64,000 nt of DNA from IMG/VR virus record IMGVR_UViG_2675903433_000022; one strand, 5' to 3'. The first letter of the stretch is position 1. Every line of letters begins with the position of its first letter. This DNA is from a virus (lineage: Duplodnaviria; Heunggongvirae; Uroviricota; Caudoviricetes). The position numbers and the translations under genes are program-made. Below the pieces are notes generated by a model. It was given only the letters and a program-made list of their open reading frames with translations. It was not told the DNA's origin and did not search any database. Positions 38,876 through 48,931 of this stretch are shown piece by piece.

Positions 38876-39259
38876 ATGCTGAACGAAAAACGTTCTATAC
38901 AAACAATTCGCGATTGCACGAGTGTTATCGCAACTCATGTGCTGAATAAGCGCAAACTTGAGGTGCGTAAACTTAACAACGATGCGACTGCGCCAAAAGA
39001 CACTCGCTTCATCGTAACTTTCAAAGACGATGTTGAGAATGCTGGTGCCAGTGTAAAACCGTTGGCTGAAGCGATTTTCCTGAACGATCGTGTTCGTTTC
39101 ATTGTGAAGCCAGCAAAACAATACCCTGAATTAGCACGGTTTAGTGACCAATTCTCTGAAATTATTGAGAGTGCAATTCGCCGCTTTCTTAATACTCATG
39201 GTAGCATTGTCAGCAATACAACTGCTGATGGTACTGCTCTAAGATGGCACCTACACTAG
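38876..39259 (+). CDS. hypothetical protein (127 aa)
   Basis: ORF track; preceded by 180-bp intergenic region. Confidence 0.4.
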   Translation: MLNEKRSIQTIRDCTSVIATHVLNKRKLEVRKLNNDATAPKDTRFIVTFKDDVENAGASVKPLAEAIFLNDRVRFIVKPAKQYPELARFSDQFSEIIESAIRRFLNTHGSIVSNTTADGTALRWHLH

Positions 39260-39996
39260 AACGCACATACTCTAAAAATCTTTATGAGTTTCCTCACCGT
39301 GGGGAAACTCGCGTTTCACGTTTTGGCTACCTCATCAACGAAGCATCGCTTTTCAAAATATCTGAAATAACCATTATCGAGCCTGATGATGATATCTGTC
39401 TGTATATCCTGATGGAGAAAGTTGGAGCACGAGATCAGGGTGAACTGATGGACTTCATTCTGGACAGAGGCGAAGATGGAATGTCTGATTCGGACATTAT
39501 TCAAGCAATTCTGCGTTCCGACATGCTCGATCAGAGCAGAAACACGATAGCAGGCAGAATTGCCTTGCGTGAATACACATTCATCGAGGATGGGGTAGAG
39601 ATTGACTGCTATCAGATTGCAGGTGTTGAAACAGAAAGAGCAATAAGGCAAAGGGGACTGTGCAACCTCACGTATCGCTTCCTCCTTCATTGGTACGAAC
39701 ATCTTGTCTGTGATTACAATCAGACCATTCCTGGCGCAAAAATCTGGGCCGGTCCATTAATGCGAACAGGTGATGTAAGAATTTACAACGCAAAAACTGA
39801 GACGTTCGAGGATGTGTTAGGCGAATATGGGATGGGAAAAGAAACCGGCTTTTTGCCGTGGAACAGAGGATTGTTACTTGATCCAGAATTAAGCTCTTGG
39901 TTTCCAAATAAGGTGCAAGTTAACGTTGAGAAATTTATCGTACTTATCATCTCCCGCAAAACAAGAACCCCAGTTGGTTTATATCTAAAAGATTAA
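39244..39996 (+). CDS. hypothetical protein (250 aa)
   Basis: ORF track; overlaps previous gene by 16 bp; followed by terminator. Confidence 0.45.
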   Translation: MAPTLERTYSKNLYEFPHRGETRVSRFGYLINEASLFKISEITIIEPDDDICLYILMEKVGARDQGELMDFILDRGEDGMSDSDIIQAILRSDMLDQSRNTIAGRIALREYTFIEDGVEIDCYQIAGVETERAIRQRGLCNLTYRFLLHWYEHLVCDYNQTIPGAKIWAGPLMRTGDVRIYNAKTETFEDVLGEYGMGKETGFLPWNRGLLLDPELSSWFPNKVQVNVEKFIVLIISRKTRTPVGLYLKD

Positions 39997-40001
39997 CAAT
40001 T

Positions 40002-40026
40002 AGGCGACTTCTGTCGCCTTTTTTGT
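40002..40026 (+). terminator. rho-independent terminator
   Basis: AGGCGAC-ttct-GTCGCCT followed by TTTTTTG. Confidence 0.65.
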
Positions 40027-40172
40027 TAACAGCCATTGATTCTCGCCTAAAAATTCTAAGGCAGCACCTACCATTTAACCTTTACACAGCAGCCGTAGGC
40101 ATTTAGGCTATATCACATATAAGAAAACAAGTTGTTTCAGACAATAATAATAGACGCAAAGGGAACTCTCCA

Positions 40173-40841
40173 ATGACCAAGATCTTTGTGGTTGGCGGCA
40201 CAAAGGGCGGGCCTGGCAAATCCACTGTTGCCCAGCAAATTGCCGTTTGCCTGAAAGTCAAAAAGAAGAAGAAGGTTTATATCACTGATATAGATATTCA
40301 GCGCACGACAACAAGCTGGTGTGAAGACCGTCGACAGAACGAAGACCTTGAGCTGATTCCTTTTGCCTACGTTCAGGATGACATCATTAAGCACCTAAAA
40401 TCGCTTCAGGGTAGAGCTGAGTTTGTAGTGGTAGATGCTGGTGGCTTTGACTCCGAAATTCAGCGACAAGCGATGCTGATGGCCGACGTTATCATTATCC
40501 CGCTGCGTCCTAAGCGTCGTGATTTGAAATCTCTGCGTGACATCGATCCTATTATCGACAATGTTCGTAATGTAAACGATAAAGTGAAGGTCCGCGCGGT
40601 CATGAACCAGTGCCCGGCTTTGCCATCACAAGTGTCTCGCATTCTGGCGGCTAAAGAGATTGTCGAGACGTTTGGCATCGAGTCTGCGCCAGTCAATCTA
40701 TATAACCGCAACGTCTACGATGATGCGGAAGAGTCTGGTCGTTCTATCTTCGAAATGACCGGTAGCGAGCGCGACAAAAAGGCTGAAGCCGAGTTTGAAG
40801 AATTTGTAGATTATCTGTTGAGTCTGGAGGAAGAAGAATAA
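40173..40841 (+). CDS. parA: ParA-family partition ATPase (small, type Ib-like)
   Basis: Deviant Walker A GGTKGGPGKST at N-terminus; 222 aa. Confidence 0.75.
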   Translation: MTKIFVVGGTKGGPGKSTVAQQIAVCLKVKKKKKVYITDIDIQRTTTSWCEDRRQNEDLELIPFAYVQDDIIKHLKSLQGRAEFVVVDAGGFDSEIQRQAMLMADVIIIPLRPKRRDLKSLRDIDPIIDNVRNVNDKVKVRAVMNQCPALPSQVSRILAAKEIVETFGIESAPVNLYNRNVYDDAEESGRSIFEMTGSERDKKAEAEFEEFVDYLLSLEEEE

Positions 40842-41200
40842 TGTCCATGAAAATGGGTGACCTAGCAAAGCGCAAAGAGCCTGATGCACCGGCTAAGAAC
40901 ACAACTCCTTTGCGCCAACCAGTCAGACCACAGGGACGCCCGACTCGTGGCAAAGAGAAAATTAAGAGCCGCACGATGTCACTGGAGGACGAATACTTCG
41001 AACTGCTGGAGATGATGAAGTTCATCCCTCGTTTCGAGAAATTCACCCGTTCAGACGTGATTCGCGCAGCCATTTTCCATCTGGCAGAGAAGTCACCGCA
41101 GGAAATCGAGGACATCGTGAAACTTAACGAGGCGATCACAGCTGCCGATGTCACGATGCGTACCGATGAAATCAAACGAGAGTTGATGAAAAAAGGTTAA
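40841..41200 (+). CDS. small partition partner protein (ParG/ParB-like)
   Basis: 119 aa, overlaps parA stop; basic disordered N-terminus. Confidence 0.45.
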   Translation: MSMKMGDLAKRKEPDAPAKNTTPLRQPVRPQGRPTRGKEKIKSRTMSLEDEYFELLEMMKFIPRFEKFTRSDVIRAAIFHLAEKSPQEIEDIVKLNEAITAADVTMRTDEIKRELMKKG

Positions 41201-41252
41201 AAATCATGCATTGGCGCAATGTACGCGCCAATGCATAACTACAGTGTCAGCT

Positions 41253-42020
41253 TTATGCCGCGCTAACACTATGTTCAGTCCTAACCACCCCAACCTTCAC
41301 AAAAGGGCTACCGTAGCTTGGTGGCTTCTTGATTAATTTGCCTACATACAGTTTTCTAATATGCTCATCGGCTATTCTGCCAACAAATTCATAACGTTTT
41401 GTGTCGGGGCCAAGAGCTATATCCCTTGTAAAGTACTGCTGAGAACCGGCTTTGACCCAGCATTCAATCCGATAAACTTCCATTATCAGCCCACCATATG
41501 TAGCGTAGGCATATTTGAGATTCTCGTCTCTTGGAACCTTTGCCCATACGCCACGCGTAGCTTCATATAATGCCAGAGCGGACATTCCTGACTTGTAGGT
41601 GCTGTTTAGCAGGAAGGCAAGACCGGCGTGCTCAGGAGCAATTTCAGTTTCCTCTTGCAGCACTAAGTGATGGTAGGCGTCCAGTGATATTCTGCCCATC
41701 ATGGAACCACTTCCTCGTACCTTATTCGTAAGCTCTCCGACCCCCATAAGGTCGATGCATGTCGCCTCAACAAGTTTGGCTGTGGTTTCATCCATACCAT
41801 GACGAAGTATATCTATGCCTAATTTTTTATTAGCCAAAAGTTCTTTGATCCGCATGGATTTGGGAGAGTCATCGGGATACTTGATGTGATCGAGACAACG
41901 AGTCGATTTGCCTTTTCCTATGTAAAACGGTCTTTTCATCTTGTCTTCTGTATCATAGAGACAGTAAACATAGTATTTAGCCTTATCCAATGATCTCGCG
42001 TATACCGATAAATCGTCCAT
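41253..42020 (-). CDS. GIY-YIG nuclease domain protein with uncharacterised C-terminal domain
   Basis: N-terminal YYVYCLYD ... PFYIGKGKSTRCLDH (GIY-YIG-like); about 170-aa C-terminal region unknown. Confidence 0.5.
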   Translation of the reverse strand: MDDLSVYARSLDKAKYYVYCLYDTEDKMKRPFYIGKGKSTRCLDHIKYPDDSPKSMRIKELLANKKLGIDILRHGMDETTAKLVEATCIDLMGVGELTNKVRGSGSMMGRISLDAYHHLVLQEETEIAPEHAGLAFLLNSTYKSGMSALALYEATRGVWAKVPRDENLKYAYATYGGLIMEVYRIECWVKAGSQQYFTRDIALGPDTKRYEFVGRIADEHIRKLYVGKLIKKPPSYGSPFVKVGVVRTEHSVSAA

Positions 42021-42131
42021 TATTGCATCTCTTAGCTACTGACTAATGCGTTCTATTTTACACATAAGTTTTTAATCAATTTAACAGGCTCAAAGTGTAG
42101 AGCTTCTGGGCGTCTAAGACGACAAGTTATG

Positions 42132-42186
42132 CCTGCTTCCGTATATATAAATAATAAGTAACTTATTAAATATATACAGAAGCAGG
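42132..42186. repeat. 55-bp near-perfect palindrome, copy 2
   Basis: Reverse complement of the element at 9084..9138. Confidence 0.8.
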
Positions 42187-42269
42187 TCTTTTAAAAGACA
42201 CCACCAGAACAACTCCCTTCCGTTTCCACTTCCAAAAACTGCCACCAGTCGCTATCATCCGCTCATTGT

Positions 42270-42290
42270 GATAAGTAAGTAACTACCTAC
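42270..42290. promoter_or_regulatory. motif site GATAAGTAAGTAACTACCTAC
   Basis: Just upstream of replication-module gene 42294..43043; near-identical to site at 37182. Confidence 0.4.
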
Positions 42291-42293
42291 CAG

Positions 42294-43043
42294 GTGAGCC
42301 ACATGAGCCAAATCTTTTTCGATACCATCGACAACGACCAGTACGACTTCATGACAGAGTGGAATACCGCTGTTATGGACAAGTGGGTCGCTGAAAACAT
42401 TGGTTTGTCGCGCTGTAAAGACGAGGCTGAACTCTTCGAGACGAAGTGGTTTGATTATCGCGACATGCATCCTCTCATGGCCACCTGTCTTTTTACGGAG
42501 GCATACAAACGTCAGTACTCAAATATCATGCTGACGCACGGTCGCGAACACTTTGAAACAGCTCCGTTCACCACCGGGTTAAAACGCCTGCCTTATCAGG
42601 AGTTGTCGACTGCCAATAAAACGTCGCTATGGAAAGCACGCCAGTTTGCTGACCGCTATTGCTGCTCATACGACTACTTTATCTCCACCGTTCTTTCCGC
42701 AGCTGCACGACGACTGTGGGACAAGCTGCCGCGTCCGCAGCATTTGTGGCAGCCAGAACTGATTGAGATATTCGAAGATAAATTAGCCAGACGCGCAACA
42801 ACCCGTCTGGATGACTCTCTGGTTAGCTTTAAGCATATGGGAGACATGCAGTTCAACCCGATTCAGGAAAGCTATTTTGAGTGGATTCTTGAGCGTTTAC
42901 GCGCCATCCCCCGCAGCAAGCGCATACGCGCAATTTTCTCCGCTATCTGGCTAATGGAAATCGTTCCAGAGCGCCTTATTTCCGCCCACTTTCCAGAAGA
43001 ACTGGAAGAAGCACGGCGGTTTATTGATCCCCTATCTAATTAA
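42294..43043 (+). CDS. hypothetical protein (249 aa), first gene of replication module
   Basis: ORF track; positional. Confidence 0.45.
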   Translation: MSHMSQIFFDTIDNDQYDFMTEWNTAVMDKWVAENIGLSRCKDEAELFETKWFDYRDMHPLMATCLFTEAYKRQYSNIMLTHGREHFETAPFTTGLKRLPYQELSTANKTSLWKARQFADRYCCSYDYFISTVLSAAARRLWDKLPRPQHLWQPELIEIFEDKLARRATTRLDDSLVSFKHMGDMQFNPIQESYFEWILERLRAIPRSKRIRAIFSAIWLMEIVPERLISAHFPEELEEARRFIDPLSN

Positions 43044-43086
43044 CTAATACTAGAAAACAATTTGTTTAAAAAACAAAGGAAAGCAC

Positions 43087-44427
43087 ATGACCGAACTTTG
43101 CCATACAGGACGCGGGCTGTCCGAAGAGTTTGATGAAGATTTCCAGAACAGACTGACGGCATATTTTTGTCGTGATCACGAGTTTCTTACTCGTGCGGGA
43201 GATCTGGTTGTGCCTAGCCAATTTGCCAATGCGGCCAATGCCATATTGGTTAATATGGTTTCGGGCTATTACCGTATGTACAAGAGCGCGCCCTCTTCAT
43301 CTGCAATTCTGGATATGCTTAAGCGTGCGAAACGCGATAAGACTATCCGTGAGGAACTATTCGCCGATGTTGTTGCTGCGTTTAAGCGCATCCTTGCAGA
43401 AAAATTGTCCGATACCTCGTACATGGTTGACCAGGTATCAACCTTCGCAAAAAGCGTAGCGTTTGATGATGCTCTGATTAAGGCTGCTGAACTGAAAGAG
43501 AAAGGCGACTTTCAGGGGGCGATGGCAATCATGGCCAAGGTTCAGCAGATTGGATCGAACGAAGCGACCGGAATCTATGACTACTACACCTCCGCAAGTG
43601 AGCGATTGAAAGCGCGTGAATATGAGGCTTCAGAGGAGTATGTGCCAAACAGCATTACAACTGGACTCCCTCTGCTCGATAGGTTGCTGTACCAAAAAGG
43701 CTGGGCGAAGCGTGAAATGGTGCTCTTCATGGGGTTCGCTAAATCCGGTAAATCGACCGCAATGGGTGAATTTTCCATAAACGCAACGCTTGCTGGCTAC
43801 AATGTTCTGTATCTCTCGCTGGAGGTTCACACCACCATTTTATCCGACCGTTTTGATGCAAGATTGTCGGAGACAGAAATGTCCAAGCTGGTGGAACGGC
43901 GCGATGAGGTTCATCGTAAGTTGGCAGAGTTGGGAGCCACGAAGGGGATTGGTAGTTTGTGGGTGGTTGAGCGTCCGTCAGGAAGTATGTCACCGGCAGA
44001 TCTGGACCGTATGCTTAACAGCATGAAAGCCAACGGCATGGTGCCTGACATGGTTGTTGTCGACTACGCAGATTTGATGCGTGCCAGTTATGACCTTCGT
44101 GATGATCGCGCCAACATTCGTAGTATCTACACCGATTTGCGCGCTCTTTATGACAAGCATAACGTTGCTGGTATCACGGCATCGCAGACAAACCGTGAAG
44201 GTGGCGCGTCAGAAGTTGCCACAATGATGCACGCTGCCGACAACATCGAAAAAGTACGTATTGCTGACCTGGTAATAACGATCAACAAAACCGAAGAAGA
44301 AGAAGCGAAAGGAGAGGCTCGTCTCTACTTTGCTGGTTCACGTAACCAGCAGGGAGGGATCAGCATTCGCGTTAAACAAAACCTCGAACAAATGCGCTTC
44401 ATTGAGCGAATCTTAGACGTTACCTAA
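43087..44427 (+). CDS. DnaB-like replicative helicase
   Basis: Walker A GFAKSGKST in C-terminal RecA-like domain; 446 aa. Confidence 0.7.
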   Translation: MTELCHTGRGLSEEFDEDFQNRLTAYFCRDHEFLTRAGDLVVPSQFANAANAILVNMVSGYYRMYKSAPSSSAILDMLKRAKRDKTIREELFADVVAAFKRILAEKLSDTSYMVDQVSTFAKSVAFDDALIKAAELKEKGDFQGAMAIMAKVQQIGSNEATGIYDYYTSASERLKAREYEASEEYVPNSITTGLPLLDRLLYQKGWAKREMVLFMGFAKSGKSTAMGEFSINATLAGYNVLYLSLEVHTTILSDRFDARLSETEMSKLVERRDEVHRKLAELGATKGIGSLWVVERPSGSMSPADLDRMLNSMKANGMVPDMVVVDYADLMRASYDLRDDRANIRSIYTDLRALYDKHNVAGITASQTNREGGASEVATMMHAADNIEKVRIADLVITINKTEEEEAKGEARLYFAGSRNQQGGISIRVKQNLEQMRFIERILDVT

Positions 44428-44436
44428 AAAATAAGC

Positions 44437-45690
44437 GTGGAGAACACCTCCACGCTTGATTCATTGGTGAAACAACTTTTCTTTTGCCAAACCACAAAAG
44501 AAAAACACATGAGCCTTTATGTTATATCAACATTTAGGTTGGTCACAATATTGCCTGTTAAAAGTGGAATTATCGTGAGCGAGCTGAAAGAGCTAATTAC
44601 CGAATTAGATTTTGAACAATGGTTGGACACTGAAGGTATCGTTTATCGACGTGGAGGCGTGAGTGCTCGCGGTCGTGAAGTGAATATCAAGGAGTGTCCG
44701 GTATGCGGCAGCTCCAACTGGAAGGTATATTTCAATCTGACCAGTGGTGTCGGCAAATGCTTCGCTGGTGATCATCCCGAAGAGATTCAGTTTAATAAGC
44801 TGGTCTTCCTCAAGCACTACAGCGGTAAATCACGACGACAGTTCGAGGAATATGTGCAGAACGCTCTTCTTTCCCAGGGGTGGGCACCAAAGAAAGAAGA
44901 GATAGTGCTTGCAAGCACAGTCGAGTTAGAGGGACCACTTGCACTCCCTCGTCATTACGAACTTCCTATAGATGGCCGTCTTCCAGACTATCTGGTTGAA
45001 CGAAACATATCGCCTGAAATGGCAAAGTATTTTGACCTACGATACTGCGTCGAAGGCAAGCACGCTTATGTAGATCCGTATACAGATCAGGTTAAAGGAC
45101 AGATATTCGATATGCGAATACTGATACCGGTTTACGATCTGGATGGGGTAATGAAGACATTTCAGGGACGAGACATTACCGGTACAGCAGAACGCCGCTA
45201 CCTCTTTCCTATGCAGCTTCCAGCTTCAGGTAAGTTTCTCTACAACGGCCATAATGCGGTCGGCAAACAGACTGTAGTTGTCTGTGAGGGGGCATTCGAT
45301 GTTATGGGGGTTAAACGAGCTATTTTTGATGAAGAAACATTACGTGATTACGTGGAACCAATAGGAACGTTCGGGATGCATCTATCTGGTAACACCACTC
45401 AGGATGCAGAAGATCAGTTAGGCGCGTTCCTGACGCTCAAGGCGCGTGGGTTACGTAATGTGATCATGATGTGGGATAGTGAAAAGCAAGCTATACGCAA
45501 CACTATGGCCGCAGCCAGGCGACTGACCAGTATCGGTCTTAATGTCAAAGTGGCGTGTTTGGGCGAGGAAGGACTCGACCCGGGCGATGCAACGCCAGAG
45601 CAAATCATCAAAGCCTATTATCGGGCAAAACCGTATACCAAGCAGTTGGAGTTACAAAGCAAGGTTTTGGGCATTAAGGCTCTATCATAA
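44437..45690 (+). CDS. DNA primase (zinc-ribbon plus TOPRIM-like)
   Basis: CPVCGSS ... C zinc-ribbon-like; acidic motifs; directly after helicase; true start may be downstream of 44437. Confidence 0.6.
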   Translation: MENTSTLDSLVKQLFFCQTTKEKHMSLYVISTFRLVTILPVKSGIIVSELKELITELDFEQWLDTEGIVYRRGGVSARGREVNIKECPVCGSSNWKVYFNLTSGVGKCFAGDHPEEIQFNKLVFLKHYSGKSRRQFEEYVQNALLSQGWAPKKEEIVLASTVELEGPLALPRHYELPIDGRLPDYLVERNISPEMAKYFDLRYCVEGKHAYVDPYTDQVKGQIFDMRILIPVYDLDGVMKTFQGRDITGTAERRYLFPMQLPASGKFLYNGHNAVGKQTVVVCEGAFDVMGVKRAIFDEETLRDYVEPIGTFGMHLSGNTTQDAEDQLGAFLTLKARGLRNVIMMWDSEKQAIRNTMAAARRLTSIGLNVKVACLGEEGLDPGDATPEQIIKAYYRAKPYTKQLELQSKVLGIKALS

Positions 45691-45704
45691 CAATCACCTT
45701 TAAA

Positions 45705-45724
45705 ATAAGTAGATGATTACTTAT
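45705..45724. promoter_or_regulatory. palindromic motif site ATAAGTAGATGATTACTTAT
   Basis: Upstream of gene 45766. Confidence 0.4.
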
Positions 45725-45765
45725 CTTTCTGTGAGAATACTTTCATCTGTTAGCTAGGAGTTGGT

Positions 45766-46548
45766 ATGAAAGACGAAATTCAGAAATTAGCCTGCGACAT
45801 CATTGATAAAACTGGTTTAGAAATCAGCGAGAGCAATCGGCTAGACATCATTGAAAAAGCCGTAAAAACAGCAATGGATCATATCGCCACTCGTTTGGTC
45901 GAGATCCCGCTACCGGGGCTACCTTATCTGAAGGTTAAGTTACACGTATGGGGTGAACCTTCTTGTGCACGGCGTTCTGCATTAGTTGTTTTTATTAGCA
46001 AAGAAAACCCGATCAGTCTTAAAGTGCAGGTTGGGGCATGGATGGATGGCAAAGTGATCTACACAAATACCGTTTTTTGTGCGTCAAATGACAGTATTAT
46101 TGAAGAGGCTATTCAAGAATCACTTCTAACTATGCATAGCTTAGTTTTGCTGGAAGACAAGCAAAACTACGAAGAGTACTTACGGTCGATAAAAGGTGAG
46201 AGAACATTGTCACTTAAAGCCGATTTCGTTACCCCGACAAACCTGTTGGAAGTCTTGCTTAATAAAGGGGCTAATGATGCCGTAAATGTAATCAGAGAGA
46301 GTGAGTATGCGTCTCTTTGCGACATGTGCAAAAGCCAGTTGGATCTGGTGCATATCGTTATTGATGCTGGGAAGGCATGTGATGGCGTAATGGCGGAATT
46401 TGCTGGGAAGATGGTCAGGATTGCTAACGAATTACCGATGATAGAGCAAGAGGCTAAATCATACGCCACCAATCATGTCACAGAGCTTCTTGTCCCCTAT
46501 CGCTTAGAAAGCAATCAGCGCAAGATGATTAGCTGGGGAAGTTGGTAA
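45766..46548 (+). CDS. hypothetical protein (260 aa)
   Basis: ORF track. Confidence 0.45.
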   Translation: MKDEIQKLACDIIDKTGLEISESNRLDIIEKAVKTAMDHIATRLVEIPLPGLPYLKVKLHVWGEPSCARRSALVVFISKENPISLKVQVGAWMDGKVIYTNTVFCASNDSIIEEAIQESLLTMHSLVLLEDKQNYEEYLRSIKGERTLSLKADFVTPTNLLEVLLNKGANDAVNVIRESEYASLCDMCKSQLDLVHIVIDAGKACDGVMAEFAGKMVRIANELPMIEQEAKSYATNHVTELLVPYRLESNQRKMISWGSW

Positions 46549-46582
46549 TCTCTCCGCGCGTCGTTTTTTTTACGCAAACAAT

Positions 46583-46595
46583 GATAGGTAAGTAC
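46583..46595. promoter_or_regulatory. motif site GATAGGTAAGTAC
   Basis: Upstream of gene 46606. Confidence 0.3.
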
Positions 46596-46605
46596 AAGAT
46601 TATTT

Positions 46606-47088
46606 ATGGCGATAGTTGTGAAAGCTGATTTGTCAAAAATCCCCTCTATTTCAGGAAATAATGGTTATTCACTTCGTTGTGAGGAAGTAAAGATAAACGG
46701 TGAGTCGGCATATTGCAGTTACTCCGTTTGCCAGCACACCATTCTTGCCTTCAAAGAAAGCCGTCTTCCTCGAACTTCTTTCCAGTCGTGCGCAACCGCT
46801 ATTAAAGCAGGCAAATGCAAGGCGTTAAAAATGATGGTTGAAGAGATTCGTAAAGGAGAATCTCTGTATTTCGAAGATATGACCGCACTCATTAAGGAGG
46901 TTGAAGAACGGAATAAACAAGCCAGAACTATAAAACGAAAACGTGACAGTGTAACGATTAATAGCATGGTTAAGAAGAGCGCCACATCACAAACAGCGAT
47001 CACTGACGTGTATGCGGCGTTGCTTGAAGAAACAACAAAAGAAACACATGAGCAAATCGATCAACATATGGAGGCAAAACAACAATGA
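46606..47088 (+). CDS. hypothetical protein (160 aa)
   Basis: ORF track. Confidence 0.4.
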   Translation: MAIVVKADLSKIPSISGNNGYSLRCEEVKINGESAYCSYSVCQHTILAFKESRLPRTSFQSCATAIKAGKCKALKMMVEEIRKGESLYFEDMTALIKEVEERNKQARTIKRKRDSVTINSMVKKSATSQTAITDVYAALLEETTKETHEQIDQHMEAKQQ

Positions 47089-48407
47089 AAAAGTTGATCG
47101 CACTTAAGCATAAGCTGGACGAAATGAAAGCTATGGGAACCAATGCAAAAAAAGAGGCATTGGCCAACATGGATGACTTTGAACAAAGCATGGTTTCATT
47201 GATGCTCAACCCTTTCATCCGTTTTGGGGTAAAGAAATACAAAGTGGCAGAGCCGCTTAGTGAGTCCGTCCTAAGTGACGAAAAAGCCATTGATGTACTG
47301 AATAAGCTGGCCTCTCGCGAGCTGACGGGGAGCGCAGCAATAGTTGCTGTTGAGTCTATCGTGGCGTCAATGTGCGCCGATGGGCAGGACGTCTTCCGTC
47401 GTTTCCTCTTAAAAGATCCGAAAGCTGGCGTTGGGATTAGCCTATGTAACAAGGTTTTTGAAAATCCCATTCCGAAATTCGAGGTGCAGCTGGCGTCACC
47501 GTATAAAGAAAAAGGCGACAAATACCCCTTCAAGCCAAATCCTAAAGCCAAATGGCCGATGATTGGCAGCCTTAAGCTCGATGGTTTGCGAGTAATTTGT
47601 GAGGTTATTGTTGACGAGGAAGAGGTTAACTTCCTTTCTCGTACTGGTAATCCAATCACGTCTCTCGATCACCTAAAGCCAGCCATGCTCGAATTAGGCA
47701 AACTTTCAGGCCACAAACACATCTTCTTCGATGGTGAAGGAACAGCCGGTTCATTTAACCAGTCCATATCTGCATTGCGCAAAAAGAACGTGCAGGCAAT
47801 TGGCGCTATTTATCATGTTTTCGACTTCTTCCTACCGGAATGGCGAGCACAGGCTAAATCCAAAGAGTATGCAAAGACAGGTATGAAGCTGAAAGAGCGC
47901 CTGGCTATGCTGGTGGCGTTGTTCAAAAACGATCGCAGTGAAGGCTACACACAAGACATTCACCTGCATCCGTTCTATATCATCCATAGCCACGAAGACT
48001 TCATCGAACGCTTCATGAAACGCCTGGACGATAACGAAGAAGGGGAGATGGGCAAAGATCCGAACTCTGTTTACGAGTTTAAACGTACCCGCAGCTGGTG
48101 GAAGTTAAAAGACGAAGATTCAGAAGATGGTGAAATTATCGACTTTGAGCCGGGCGACCCGGACTCTGGTTTTGCCAACACACTTGGAAAAATTGTTATT
48201 CGTCTTGAAAACGGCGTCATCGTTCGTGCGAGCGGCATTAAGCATAAATATCTGGACGAGATCTGGAACAACAAAGAGAAGTACCGTGGTCGTATTGTCG
48301 AGGTTCATTGTCACGAGAAAACACCGGACGGCAGCTTACGCCACCCACGACTGAAATGGCCGCGTTGCTTACGCGATACAGAAGATCGAATCGGAGATAA
48401 AGAATGA
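47085..48407 (+). CDS. ATP-dependent DNA ligase
   Basis: Adenylation motif I KLDGLR (KxDG) and downstream nucleotidyltransferase-like motifs; 440 aa. Confidence 0.75.
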   Translation: MKKLIALKHKLDEMKAMGTNAKKEALANMDDFEQSMVSLMLNPFIRFGVKKYKVAEPLSESVLSDEKAIDVLNKLASRELTGSAAIVAVESIVASMCADGQDVFRRFLLKDPKAGVGISLCNKVFENPIPKFEVQLASPYKEKGDKYPFKPNPKAKWPMIGSLKLDGLRVICEVIVDEEEVNFLSRTGNPITSLDHLKPAMLELGKLSGHKHIFFDGEGTAGSFNQSISALRKKNVQAIGAIYHVFDFFLPEWRAQAKSKEYAKTGMKLKERLAMLVALFKNDRSEGYTQDIHLHPFYIIHSHEDFIERFMKRLDDNEEGEMGKDPNSVYEFKRTRSWWKLKDEDSEDGEIIDFEPGDPDSGFANTLGKIVIRLENGVIVRASGIKHKYLDEIWNNKEKYRGRIVEVHCHEKTPDGSLRHPRLKWPRCLRDTEDRIGDKE

Positions 48408-48583
48408 TGCTCGGCTGGATGATTGCATTTTTAGCGGTTGGTTTTTTAATCGGTATTGTGGTGATGTCCAGTTGCATCAATGACTACATTAAAAGCGGTG
48501 TTATAGAACGACGCGGTCGTATTTATCGCATTGTAGAAATAACCCACACAGTGAAGGAGATTAAGGATGATCGTATTAAGTAA
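48404..48583 (+). CDS. small membrane protein (59 aa), not in ORF track
   Basis: ATG overlapping ligase stop; TM LGWMIAFLAVGFLIGIVVM then RGRIYRIVEITHTVK. Confidence 0.4.
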   Translation: MMLGWMIAFLAVGFLIGIVVMSSCINDYIKSGVIERRGRIYRIVEITHTVKEIKDDRIK

Positions 48584-48782
48584 GCGGGAGAAGGAAACGC
48601 TTCATGAAATCAGTAAGTGGCCGGAGTTCCCTGAGTACTGGAAGCCTAAAACGCGAGCTAAGTTAGAGCGTTTAGGGTTGGTTGCAAACGTTTCTGAAAC
48701 GAAGTGTTCGGCCAACTACCAGTTAACTGATAAAGGGAAAGTATTGCTACAGCAATTAGTAGAATCAGGAGTGTTAAAATGA
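48567..48782 (+). CDS. hypothetical small protein (71 aa)
   Basis: ORF track; overlaps neighbours. Confidence 0.35.
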   Translation: MIVLSKREKETLHEISKWPEFPEYWKPKTRAKLERLGLVANVSETKCSANYQLTDKGKVLLQQLVESGVLK

Positions 48783-48931
48783 TTCCATACATCTCATTAG
48801 CTTTTATGGGTGGCTTCCTTATTGGCTTCGGCATCTGTCGTGATTTAATTAAGCAGGAACTTAAAACCAAAACACTGTGCATCGGAAAGCGTGTGTATCG
48901 GGTAGTTCATGAAACAAAGGTTAGAAAATGA
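48779..48931 (+). CDS. small membrane protein (50 aa), paralogue-like of 48404..48583
   Basis: ATGA overlap with previous stop; TM ISLAFMGGFLIGFGI then GKRVYRVVHETKV, matching the motif of the 59-aa protein. Confidence 0.4.
   Translation: MIPYISLAFMGGFLIGFGICRDLIKQELKTKTLCIGKRVYRVVHETKVRK

Noticed and set aside
40030-40170. Possible centromere iterons (TAGGC-containing short repeats) upstream of parA
   Set aside because: Repeats are short and irregular; cannot be distinguished from chance by eye.
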